Shown: positions 29,223-38,002, counted from the first letter of the stretch. The stretch: DNA of 64,000 nucleotides from Candidatus Aenigmatarchaeota archaeon (GCA_016198585.1 JACQII010000016.1:21078-85077), one strand, 5' to 3'. Notes: a model not told the origin generated them from the letters alone. Numbers and translations: made by a program.

Positions 29223-29832
29223 ACGACCGCTGCACGATGGCAGAATCCTGCGGCTTCGTGAGGATCTTGAAGTAGGCCTTGTCGCCGGCGACGGCCTTGA
29301 CCTCGACCGAGGATTCCAGGTCGGTGATCTCGATGTCCCGGTCGCCCTTCACCCCCGGCAGGTTCAGGTCCACCGCGACCTTGGTCCCGAGCTGCCGGAT
29401 CTCGGTTGCCGGCTCTTCCGTCATCTTCGGGAGGACCAGGGACTTCCGCTGCGGCGCAGGGATGGCCAAGGGTTTCTCTGTGGGAGTTTTCGCCGACCGG
29501 TAGCCGAGCTGTCGCTCGAGCTGCTGCTGGATGGTCTGGCGGTCGACGTCGCCGAAGGTCTGGACGTCGATCCTCGGCTCCCTTCCGGTCCCCGAGACGA
29601 TCTTGATGGTGAATCCCTGGCCCCGCGGCCGCTTGAAGTAGGGGGAGAGGTCGAGAGCCTCAATCTCCTTGTCGAAGTCGCGGTCCATCTCGCGGCTGAG
29701 GACTTCCATCTCCTTGCGCATGCGCGAGAAGAGGTCGCTGATGTTGAAGAAGCCGCGCGACTGCTGGGACCCGCAGCTGGGGCAGAACTTCCATCCCTTC
29801 TCCAGGCGGGCACCACAGGCTTCGCATGCCAT
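29188..29832 (-). CDS. Hsp20/alpha-crystallin-like protein with N-terminal zinc ribbon
   Basis: CEACG...FCPSCG; TEEP...LNLPGV...FKDGKLHLEF. Confidence 0.72.
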   Translation of the reverse strand: MACEACGARLEKGWKFCPSCGSQQSRGFFNISDLFSRMRKEMEVLSREMDRDFDKEIEALDLSPYFKRPRGQGFTIKIVSGTGREPRIDVQTFGDVDRQTIQQQLERQLGYRSAKTPTEKPLAIPAPQRKSLVLPKMTEEPATEIRQLGTKVAVDLNLPGVKGDRDIEITDLESSVEVKAVAGDKAYFKILTKPQDSAIVQRSFKDGKLHLEFA

Positions 29833-29947
29833 GGTGAGTATACGGCAGCCAGGGTTTTTATTCCTTCGCCCAGCAGCTCCCGGGGAACCGGCCCTCCCGG
29901 CACCCTGCACTCGGCGGCTTCTTTAAGCTGCAAACTCATCATGGTGC

Positions 29948-31129
29948 ATGGTCCAGGTCCCGCCCTGCCCGGTCTGCAGCGGCCGCCGGCCGTTCTGCAT
30001 CCACCGCAGCTACCCCCTCCCCAACCCGCGCGAGGTGGAGCAGCAGGTCCGGGAGAAGCTCAGCAAGGAGTTCTTCGGCCCGAGCTACTCTGTCTTCGTG
30101 GGCCGCCACGGCTACCCGGATGTCGCCGCAGGGCCGATGGTGGGCATCGAGGCCCGTGCATCCATCGACTCACCTGCGGACTGGATCCAGATGGACTATG
30201 CCCGCATCATCGAGCTCCGGTCGTTCCTCCTCCGCACCAAGAAGGGAGAGAACGTGCATGCACGCTCGCGGTTCACCCAGGAACTCCAAGAACTGGCCCT
30301 CGCCTCCCGGCCCGCAGACGTCGAGCTCAGTTTCAAGAAGACGCCGGTCTTCTCGTTCAAGCTCTCGGAGGCGCTCCAGCCGATGGGCCCGTCGGGCGAG
30401 ATGGAACGCATGCGCATCACCGAGAACGTGAAGATCAGCCCGAAGGTCGAGCGGACTTCCGGGCTGCCGGCAACCGAAGCGACGCTGCAGCTGTATCGCG
30501 CTGGCCTGGACGTGCACCGGATCTCTTCCATCTTCGCTTCCGGCGCGCTCGGCGGCGAGGGCAGGAAGCTGGTGCCGTCCAGATGGAGCGTCACGGCAAT
30601 CGATGACATCCTCGCGAAGCAACTCCTGGAGCAGGTCAGGGACTTCCCTGAGATCCAGGACTACCAGGTTTTCGAGGCCCAGCATTTCGACAACCGCTTC
30701 GTGATCATGCTCATGCCAGGGAGCTGGGAGTTCGAGAACTTCGAGACCTGGGCGCCGGGCAGCAACTGGTCCGCCCAGACCCAGTCACGCATCATCGAGG
30801 AGTATGAACCGTTCGCGGGCCGGACCGCCTACGCAGAGTCGCAGGCAGGAGGGTATTACGCCTCGCGCATCTCCGCGGTCCGCTACCTCGCGCGCGAGCA
30901 CAAGCAGGCCAAGGTGGTCGCGTTCCGCGAGGTCTATGAAGGGTACACAATTCCGATGGGAGTCTGGGTGGTCCGCGGCGTCTCCGAGCAGGCCTTCCAG
31001 CAGCAGCCGCAGCGGTTCGCGACCAAGGAAGAAGCCCTCGCCTATGCGGCGACACGCCTGCGCGTCCCGATGGCCGCCTATCGCAAGAAGAGCGTCATCC
31101 TCAGGCAGCGCCGACTGTTCGAATTCTGA
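29948..31129 (+). CDS. nreA: Nre family DNA repair protein
   Basis: N-terminal CxxC; SVFVGRHGYPDV, LVPSRWSVTAIDD, GGYYASR; C-terminal PIP box QRRLFEF. Confidence 0.88.
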   Translation: MVQVPPCPVCSGRRPFCIHRSYPLPNPREVEQQVREKLSKEFFGPSYSVFVGRHGYPDVAAGPMVGIEARASIDSPADWIQMDYARIIELRSFLLRTKKGENVHARSRFTQELQELALASRPADVELSFKKTPVFSFKLSEALQPMGPSGEMERMRITENVKISPKVERTSGLPATEATLQLYRAGLDVHRISSIFASGALGGEGRKLVPSRWSVTAIDDILAKQLLEQVRDFPEIQDYQVFEAQHFDNRFVIMLMPGSWEFENFETWAPGSNWSAQTQSRIIEEYEPFAGRTAYAESQAGGYYASRISAVRYLAREHKQAKVVAFREVYEGYTIPMGVWVVRGVSEQAFQQQPQRFATKEEALAYAATRLRVPMAAYRKKSVILRQRRLFEF

Positions 31130-31159
31130 CGCATTTAAGCGCCCGAGCCAAGGGAACAC

Positions 31160-31663
31160 ATGGACCTGCGGCGCTTCATCCGTGACGTTCCCGACTTCCC
31201 CCGACCGGGCATCGTGTTCAAGGACATCACGCCCCTCCTCCAGCACCCGAAAGCCCTCGACGTCGCCGTCCAGAAGATGAAGCAGCCTTGGATGGACGTT
31301 GCCCTCGTTGCTGGTATCGAGGCGCGCGGCTTCATCTTCGGGTCGCTGCTTGCGCGAGCGCTCAATGTGGGATTCGTCCCCATCCGCAAGGCAGGCAAGC
31401 TGCCGCTCCCGGCCGCTGCAGTCCGGTACGCGCTCGAGTACGGGACTGGCGCGCTGGAACTCCACCGGGACGCGATCGCGCCTGGCCAGCGCGTCCTCAT
31501 CGTCGACGACCTGCTCGCCACCGGCGGGACGGCCGCGGCTGCGGGCGAGCTCGTGAAGCGGGCAGGCGGGACAGTCGCAGGCTTCAGCTTCCTGATCGAA
31601 CTCCGCGCCCTTGCGGGAAGGAAGAAGCTGCGCGGCCAGATCGAGAGCGTGCTCGTCTACTGA
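31160..31663 (+). CDS. apt: Adenine phosphoribosyltransferase
   Basis: PDFPRPGIVFKDITPLL, EARGF, RKAGKLP, YALEYG, VDDLLATGGT. Confidence 0.95.
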   Translation: MDLRRFIRDVPDFPRPGIVFKDITPLLQHPKALDVAVQKMKQPWMDVALVAGIEARGFIFGSLLARALNVGFVPIRKAGKLPLPAAAVRYALEYGTGALELHRDAIAPGQRVLIVDDLLATGGTAAAAGELVKRAGGTVAGFSFLIELRALAGRKKLRGQIESVLVY

Positions 31664-31670
31664 ACGGCTG

Positions 31671-32102
31671 TCAGGAATTGATCATGACGCCGCCGAGGCC
31701 GGCGCGGGCGAACTTGTGGACCAGGTCGGCGACCGAGACCAGCAAGCCCTGGGCCTCATTCATCTTGATCGTCAGCTTCGGGGGGTGGAGGATCTCCACG
31801 CTCGTGGGCGCGTAGTTCATCACCAGGTAGACCAGGCTCTCGAGGGACTCGGCCACCAGCTCGACCTCGACGATGATGGAGTAGCCGACCGGGACCGTCG
31901 GGAGCGGGTTCTCCATCCGGCGGGAGGGCTTGAAGTCCTGGCGGAACACCAGGGACTTCTTCTCCTTCGCCATCTTCTCGACATGTTTCTCCAGAGCGGA
32001 GCGGGCCGCTTCCTCGGTGACGGCGAGGACCTCGATCAGCATGACGCTGTGGATCCAGCCTTCCTTGACCCGCTTTTCCGCCTGCCGCTTCAGGTCGTCC
32101 AT
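31671..32102 (-). CDS. Conserved hypothetical protein
   Basis: 143 aa ORF with strong host codon bias; no recognised motif. Confidence 0.6.
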   Translation of the reverse strand: MDDLKRQAEKRVKEGWIHSVMLIEVLAVTEEAARSALEKHVEKMAKEKKSLVFRQDFKPSRRMENPLPTVPVGYSIIVEVELVAESLESLVYLVMNYAPTSVEILHPPKLTIKMNEAQGLLVSVADLVHKFARAGLGGVMINS

Positions 32103-32136
32103 GCCTTTTATACTCCCCCCTATAAATAAACACCAC

Positions 32137-32256
32137 GCCTCCGTAGCTCAGCCGGTTGACTTTCTTGGGGAGAAAGCCGACAGAGAACCAGAAGGTCCGG
32201 CAGAGAGCACGAGTTTCGTAAACTCGGGGTCGAGGGTTCGATTCCCTCCGGGGGCT
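32137..32256 (+). tRNA. tRNA-Thr(CGT) with ~45-nt D-loop intron (32158-32202)
   Basis: Acceptor GCCTCCG/CGGGGGC with T73; anticodon stem CGAGT/ACTCG with TT-CGT-AA; BHB helix CCGG/CCGG with TTG and CAG bulges. Confidence 0.9.
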
Positions 32257-32433
32257 CTCGCCTCAGCTGCGGTAGGTGACGCCCACCGGCTCGATAATGA
32301 CCTGCCGGTCGCCGCGCTCGACCGGATCGAGTTTCCCGTAGTCGACCACGTCCGTGTACTCCCGGTCCATCATCTTTCTTCGTGCGCAATTTTTTAAAGA
32401 GGTTTATATGCTCCGTCGCGAAATTCCATCCAC

Positions 32434-32554
32434 GGGGCCATGGTGTAATGGCCAGCATTGGAGCTTTGGGTGACCCTTTCTTCCGAAGAAAGCGTCAACG
32501 GAAAGACGGGGTGAAAAAGAGCTTCCGATCCCGGTTCGAGTCCGGGTGGCCCCA
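32434..32554 (+). tRNA. tRNA-Pro(TGG) with ~49-nt intron at 37/38 (32471-32519)
   Basis: Acceptor GGGGCCA/TGGCCCC; anticodon stem GGAGC/GCTTC with TT-TGG-G; T-arm CCCGG-TTCGAGT-CCGGG. Confidence 0.85.
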
Positions 32555-32583
32555 TTTAAATAGATGACCGGGGTAATCTGTAT

Positions 32584-33144
32584 ATGGTCGATCCCAAGGA
32601 CTGCCTCTTCTGCAGGATCGTGCAAGGCGAAATCCCCTCCAAAAAGGTCTACGAAGATTCAGGCGCCCTAGCCTTCCTGGACATCAATCCCCGCAATCCG
32701 GGCCACACTCTCGTCATCCCCAAGCGGCACGCCGAAACGATCTTCGATCTCCCTGAAGCTGAGGCTGCGCGGCTCTTCCCAGCGGTGAAGAAGGTCGCCG
32801 CCATGGTCAAGTCAGGGATGCAGGCCCAGGGCATCTCCATCTGCCAGAACAACGGCTCGGCCGCCGGCCAGGTGGTCGGCCACCTCTACGTCCATGTCAT
32901 CCCCCGTTTCCTGAGCGAGGGCCCGCCCGCGCTCGAGAACATGCTGCCCATCAAGAAGATGGATGAGAAGGCTCTCGACAAGATCGCCGCGTCCATCAAA
33001 GGCGCGCCCGCGACCGGCGCGCGCCTGGAGGAGCCACCGCGGGCAGCGGAGAAGCCAGCAGCCCCCGCCGAGGAGCGGCGCCAGAAGCCGGCCTCGGACG
33101 ACGAGGAAAGCGGCGACTTCGAAGAGATCGACTTCAATTTCTGA
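32584..33144 (+). CDS. HIT family protein with variant motif HxYxH and acidic tail
   Basis: CLFCRI, FLDINP, GHTLVIPKRH, GQVVGHLYVHVIPR. Confidence 0.85.
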   Translation: MVDPKDCLFCRIVQGEIPSKKVYEDSGALAFLDINPRNPGHTLVIPKRHAETIFDLPEAEAARLFPAVKKVAAMVKSGMQAQGISICQNNGSAAGQVVGHLYVHVIPRFLSEGPPALENMLPIKKMDEKALDKIAASIKGAPATGARLEEPPRAAEKPAAPAEERRQKPASDDEESGDFEEIDFNF

Positions 33145-33169
33145 CCCGTTCCTGGAAGGCGCAGGCCTG

Positions 33170-33589
33170 CTAGACAGGCGGCCGTTTCTGTTCCTGGGCT
33201 GCACGGATCCGTCCGGCCAGGTCTTGGAGCGCCGCGGGGTCTGCTTTTTTCCCGCCGCCGGCGACGAACGGCCGGCCGGCGGGCAGCGGGTAGAGCTTGA
33301 GGTGCGCGTGGGGGACTTCCAGCCCTTCGGCCAGCAGGATGACACGTGGGACCTGGAGCGCCCGTTCCAGGAGCGTGCCCACGGTCCGGGCCGCGGCAAG
33401 GAAAGCCAGGTACCTGGACTCGGGTAGCCGGAAGACGTACGAGTCTTCGTGGGCCTTGGTCATCAGGACCGTCATCCCTTCCGTCGTGGGGAAGAGGTCG
33501 AGGATCGCGAGAAAGTCAGCGGACTCCCAGACCTTCGCTGCCGGGAGATCGCCGCGTGCGATCCTGCAGAAGGCGCAGTCCATGCACAC
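33170..33589 (-). CDS. HIT family protein with variant motif HxHxK
   Basis: CAFCRI, ILDLFP, EVPHAHLKLYP. Confidence 0.82.
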   Translation of the reverse strand: MCMDCAFCRIARGDLPAAKVWESADFLAILDLFPTTEGMTVLMTKAHEDSYVFRLPESRYLAFLAAARTVGTLLERALQVPRVILLAEGLEVPHAHLKLYPLPAGRPFVAGGGKKADPAALQDLAGRIRAAQEQKRPPV

Positions 33590-33659
33590 ACCTGCGCTCC
33601 GGGACTTAAATGGTTGCGGGCCTCCCTTTTAATTCCCCTGCACGCCAATATGAAGCACC

Positions 33660-33775
33660 GCGCCGGTAGTCTAGCGGTAGGATCCAGATCGTTGGAAGCG
33701 GTGAGCCACGGCGATGACCTTCCCAAGGAGAAGCCTTCCAAGCCTGTGACGCGGGTTCGATTCCCGCCCGGCGCA
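33660..33775 (+). tRNA. tRNA-Gly(TCC) with ~45-nt intron at non-canonical position 29/30 (33688-33732)
   Basis: Acceptor GCGCCGG/CCGGCGC with A73; removing 33688-33732 restores anticodon stem CAGGC/GCCTG with CT-TCC-AA loop; T-arm GCGGG-TTCGATT-CCCGC. Confidence 0.85.
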
Positions 33776-33822
33776 TCCGTGGGAGCAACTCCCTTTAAAT
33801 AGACAGACGCCAAGAAAGGCCC

Positions 33823-34122
33823 ATGCACCCGCCCTGCCCCACCTGCAACGCGAAGCAGGTTGTCTACCGCGGCTACCGGTACAACCGCAAGACCCGCAAG
33901 CGGCTCCGGCTCTGCACGGCCTGCGGCAGGAAGTTCACCCCCGACGACGGCTTCTTCCGGATGCGCTTCTCCCCCAAGGAGATCACCAAAGCCGTCGCCC
34001 TCTACAAGAAAGGATTCTCCCTTGCCGAGGTGAAGGTGCGCATGGAGCAGGACGACGTCAAGGTCTCGCGCTGGACTATCCTGCGCTGGAGCAGGAAGTA
34101 CCATCTCCGGAAGGGCGTCTGA
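33823..34122 (+). CDS. IS1/IS6-like N-terminal zinc finger + HTH protein, no catalytic domain
   Basis: CPTC...GYR...LCTACGRKFT, then AVALYKKGFSLAEV...VSRWTILRW HTH; no DDE ORF follows. Confidence 0.7.
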   Translation: MHPPCPTCNAKQVVYRGYRYNRKTRKRLRLCTACGRKFTPDDGFFRMRFSPKEITKAVALYKKGFSLAEVKVRMEQDDVKVSRWTILRWSRKYHLRKGV

Positions 34123-34699
34123 TCCTGCCCGCCCATCCCCTGCCCAGCGGACCGGGCAGCATATCCCGTAAAGATGACAGATAAAAGGAGAAGGGTGGTC
34201 GTCTGGCACGAGCCCGGCCACCCCCCTCCCCCATGTTGGTCAGCGACGCGCCCGTGCGGCCGGGATTGCCGCAGGTGCGAAGGTCCGACCACGGCGTCCG
34301 TGGTTGTGCACGTAGGCAGGTTTTGGGCCCCTGTCCGATGTGGATGGGCGGTCCTGGTCGCCTACGGTCCGATGGCTCTTCTGCGTCGTTCGCTGCTTTC
34401 CCATGTCCTGCCTCGCGGAGTCAGCTGCCACGCGGCCGCTGCCCGTCCCCGCGAACAGGGGTCCTCCCGTCCGGGTTCTCGACCTGTCGCAGGCCCTCCT
34501 CCTGTGCAGTCGGGGTGGCGCGTCGAGCGTCTTCCCTGTCGACTGCTGCAGAGTGGACTCTGGCGCCGGCAAGCCGCGGACCGCGGCCGGAGAGGTGCTT
34601 TGGGTGCATGATCGCGAATCTCCGCACGAGGGAACGGAACGTGAACCCGGGACTCCTGCATCCCGTCGCAGGAGGCCCCACACAAAGGCGGGAAAAGGG

Positions 34700-34773
34700 A
34701 ACCAGCCGGGGATTTTTTTTTGGGAAAGGGGAAGAGGGTTTTACGCACCGTCACGGCGCAACCCCGGCTGATT
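34700..34773 (-). ncRNA. Candidate structured RNA, sibling copy 1
   Basis: On the minus strand: 12-bp stem AATCAGCCGGGG/CCCCGGCTGGTT, inner hairpin GCGCCG-TGA-CGGTGC and a C/U-rich loop. Confidence 0.45.
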
Positions 34774-34826
34774 CCTGCACGACCCGTGGACGCGGGCGCA
34801 ACCCACGGTAGAGAAAGGGGAAAAAC

Positions 34827-34898
34827 AACCAGCCGAGGAATTTCGGGAAAGGGGGAGGAGGGTTTTACGCACCGGTCAAGGCGCAACCTCGGCTGATT
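34827..34898 (-). ncRNA. Candidate structured RNA, sibling copy 2
   Basis: On the minus strand: stem AATCAGCCGAGG/CCTCGGCTGGTT (compensatory G-C to A-T versus copy 1), same inner hairpin, loop containing CCCTCCTCCCCC. Confidence 0.45.
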
Positions 34899-36019
34899 GT
34901 CAATACGGTATGGGCACGAACGCAACCCACCAGAAACTTCAGGGGGGAAAGGAAGGCCGGCGAGGACACTGCTCGCCTAGGTACGAGCAGAACCTCAGGT
35001 TGGTTATTTCCGCCTCCGCCGTTGTCGAGGGACACGGAGCGTGAGGACCTGTTCCCAAATACCGGCCCCCCTTTCCCGAATCGCCATGCGATGAAGGCGC
35101 GGGCCGGCCCCAGGATGCGGCACACATCCGGAACCGGCTCGCGCGGCTGCCACCCACCATGTCCCCTTGGATGCTGCGGGAGAGGGGTCGATGACAGCAG
35201 AACGAATGTGCGTGGGCAGGAGGACTTCTAGCCTTCTAGCGAGTTTTGCGGCCCCTGACCTTCCTTCGCGTGTTGCCGGACGCGACCGGCAAGGAGGGGG
35301 AGGCCAACCTGCCCGATTCAATGCGGTGACTATGCGGTGGAAGGCGGGAGCCGGCCCAGAGTCGCTGAGGGGTTTGGGGAGGGACAGCGGACTGCTGGGA
35401 CCGGCTCGACGCCGCGGAGGAGGGAGGCCTGACCTGCCAGTCCAGACCACTCCGCCGCAAGGAAGCCTCGCCTGGTTTAAGGGACCCACCACTACCATCC
35501 AGGTGGCGCTTCCGGAGAACAAGCTACGAACAGACAGACAAGAAGAGGTGCCGGCCTTCGGGGAGCCAGCATCTCGCTCTTTCACGCTCGCTTTCACGCG
35601 CAGGGTGGTGCGTGACCTTGCGGCCTTGGTCTTGGCAATGCAACACGAAGCAACACGAAGAGAAATCGATCAGGCGCGGACAGGCCTCCTGTCGTCAAGG
35701 CGTACGCCTCTCAGCGGCAGATGAACCCTCATTCCGCAGAACGCGTGCAGACACCGAACACGCCCCACAACCGCCTCCTGACCGAATGCGGACCAGTGGT
35801 CAGCCATGGACCATCATGTGGAGGATGGGCCCGGTCGGCCAGAGAAGTCGACGGAAGACAGGACCAGGGGCTCGCAGCGCACGACGGAAGTCCGCGCAGG
35901 AACGCGCAGAGTCAACCGCAAGCGTAAGGGAATGTCCCTTGCGAGCCGGTGTGCCAATGATGGCAGATGAACAGCGTTCAGGGAACGATGTTCGGTTGGT
36001 GATGTCTGGTGAAGCATGA

Positions 36020-38002
36020 TCAGCGGAATTCGATCCGTTCGAAGTCCGCTTTCCTGGCAAATTGCTCCGGGGCAGCGACGAAGACGGTGAGTGACCCGCT
36101 CTCGTAGGCCGCACGGGCGGCCTCTTGGAGCAGCGCATTCCTCACCCCCTCGGTCACGCAGATGAAATGCGGGGTTTCCCGGAGATCTGCCCGGATCTTG
36201 GTTCGGTCCGGGCTGGTCTCGATGGCGACGACCATCCTTTTATTGGCGTCTTCAAATATAAGCTTTTCCCCCTGCCGGTCGAAGATCCAGCCCGCCTCCT
36301 CGAGGTTGGAGATCACGAGGCTGATGTCCTTGGTCGACCGCTGCTGCGGCCTCGGGAAGTGGGCGTCGAATACCTTGTCGCCGGCCTCGGTGAGGAAGAA
36401 GAAGTGTAGCACGTTCCTGCCGATCTTGGCCTTCTTCCGGCCCACCAGGCCGGTCTCGATGAGCCGGCCGGCGGACTTCTCGAAGGTCTTGCCCGACATC
36501 TTCGCCTGGGTGTAGATCTGGGAGGCGAAGCTGCCTGCTGCGGCCCCGAGCGCCTGGACAATCTTCATACCCTGCTCGTCCGGTTCCTCAACTTCCAGGA
36601 CGGCGACCGCCCGCTGCGGCCGGACCGGAGGCAGCCTGGCCTTCATGATGCGCGCGATGTCCTCGTCCGTGACTTTCCCCTTTTCAAGCGGGTAGCGGGG
36701 AAATCCGATGGCAAACGGCTCGCGGAGCGACATCCTGCACATGATCAGGCCGTGGCCCACCGGGAGCAGCCGCAGGTAGGGCGTCTCCTCCTCGTCCAGG
36801 CCGAGCATGTTGCTCGCGTCCTGGATGTCCGAGGACTGCCTGGTGTCGAGACCGAGGTTCATGTAGATGTGGGTCGAGGTGTTGCCCAGCGCAGGGAAGG
36901 AGACCAGCGACGGATGCTGGTCGAGGTAGACTATGCCCATCCCCAGCTCGCGGACCTCACGGAACAGCAGCTCCATCACCGTCTCCGAACCGAGCTTGCG
37001 CGACTTCTCGCGGTTGAGCACGTGGTGGGCTTCCTCGAGGATGACCACGGCCTGGAGCTGCTCCTTCTGCCCCTTCACGAGGAGCCAGTCACGGATCCAT
37101 TGCAGGATGATCTCGATGAAGAAGGTCTTGTCGTTGACGTCCAGGGCGTCCAGCTCCAGGACCGTCACCCGGCCCGGCCGAAAGAAGTCCGAGGGCATCG
37201 ATCCCTCGGCGACGTCGAAGACCTCGCCGATCTCCTTGAAGCAGAGGCTCTCGAGCGGCCGCTCGGCCGTGGCAAGCCAGTTCCTCTCCCGGGAGCTGAC
37301 ACCCTCGGTCCCGTAGTCCGCGAGCCAGCGCCGCAGGTCTTGCATCCGCGGGTGCTGGTTCTCGAGGAAGACGTTGTCGAGGGCCTTGAGGATGACTGCC
37401 CGCCCGCCCCCGAGGAGCCAGTAGGCGTGGTCGAAGATCGAGGAGAACTCCTTCATCCACTGCGAGAGCTGGATGCCGGGCGGCGGCAGGAGCGGGTTGA
37501 ACCGGAAGGGAGAGACGTTCCTCCCGATCGTGAACAGGTCGATGCGGTCCCGCAGCCGCGTGGCTAGGAGGTCTTTGTAGTTCCGCTTGGAGAAGTCGAA
37601 CACGATGACCGGCACGTTCTGGTCGGAAAGCCGCTCGATCAGGGTGTAGGCGATGTTCGTCTTCCCGTAGCCTGACGACCCGAAGACGCCCAGGTGCGCG
37701 AGCAGGTCCTGCTTCTTGATGGCGAACGGGTAGAGCCGTTTCCGGCCGTAGAGCGCGTCGCCGATGACGATCTCGCCCTTCGACTCGGCCGGGTTGGGCG
37801 GCTCGCGGAGGATCGCGCTTTTCAGGTCAGGATCGGCGAACACCGCTGCCTTGATCACGTCGACGAGCTCGAAGATCCGCTGCTTGGTATCCTCGTCCGC
37901 GAGGAGGTAGGCCCTGCTGAGCCGGGCCGCATTCTCCCTTCCCAGGACCGGGACCAGCCGCCGGATCTCGTCGCTGACGAGCTTCTCCTGCATTCCGATC
38001 AT
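36020..38002 (-). CDS. HerA/VirB4-like ATPase (DUF87) with C-terminal winged-helix region
   Basis: GSSGYGKTN Walker A, FDFS, ILEEAHHVL Walker B, REVRELG, LDQHP. Confidence 0.82.
   Translation of the reverse strand: MIGMQEKLVSDEIRRLVPVLGRENAARLSRAYLLADEDTKQRIFELVDVIKAAVFADPDLKSAILREPPNPAESKGEIVIGDALYGRKRLYPFAIKKQDLLAHLGVFGSSGYGKTNIAYTLIERLSDQNVPVIVFDFSKRNYKDLLATRLRDRIDLFTIGRNVSPFRFNPLLPPPGIQLSQWMKEFSSIFDHAYWLLGGGRAVILKALDNVFLENQHPRMQDLRRWLADYGTEGVSSRERNWLATAERPLESLCFKEIGEVFDVAEGSMPSDFFRPGRVTVLELDALDVNDKTFFIEIILQWIRDWLLVKGQKEQLQAVVILEEAHHVLNREKSRKLGSETVMELLFREVRELGMGIVYLDQHPSLVSFPALGNTSTHIYMNLGLDTRQSSDIQDASNMLGLDEEETPYLRLLPVGHGLIMCRMSLREPFAIGFPRYPLEKGKVTDEDIARIMKARLPPVRPQRAVAVLEVEEPDEQGMKIVQALGAAAGSFASQIYTQAKMSGKTFEKSAGRLIETGLVGRKKAKIGRNVLHFFFLTEAGDKVFDAHFPRPQQRSTKDISLVISNLEEAGWIFDRQGEKLIFEDANKRMVVAIETSPDRTKIRADLRETPHFICVTEGVRNALLQEAARAAYESGSLTVFVAAPEQFARKADFERIEFR

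Noticed and set aside
32434-32554. Alternative reading as tRNA-Gln(TTG)
   Set aside because: That register breaks the 27-43 pair and leaves a 3-nt variable loop; GGAGC/GCTTC with TGG fits better.
34843-35080. G-string repeats as canonical ORB elements
   Set aside because: They lack the TCCAxTGGAAA core and there is no adjacent cdc6 or AT-rich unwinding element; kept only as a weak hypothesis.
35641-35660. CAACACGAAG x2 and nearby short repeats as a CRISPR array
   Set aside because: Only two adjacent 10-bp units with no spacers; no cas genes. No CRISPR array was seen anywhere in the window.
34123-36019. rRNA, RNase P or SRP RNA as explanation of the large gap
   Set aside because: I found no 16S/23S/5S universal signatures, no RNase P CR-I/CR-V pair and no SRP helix 8 motif on either strand by eye.
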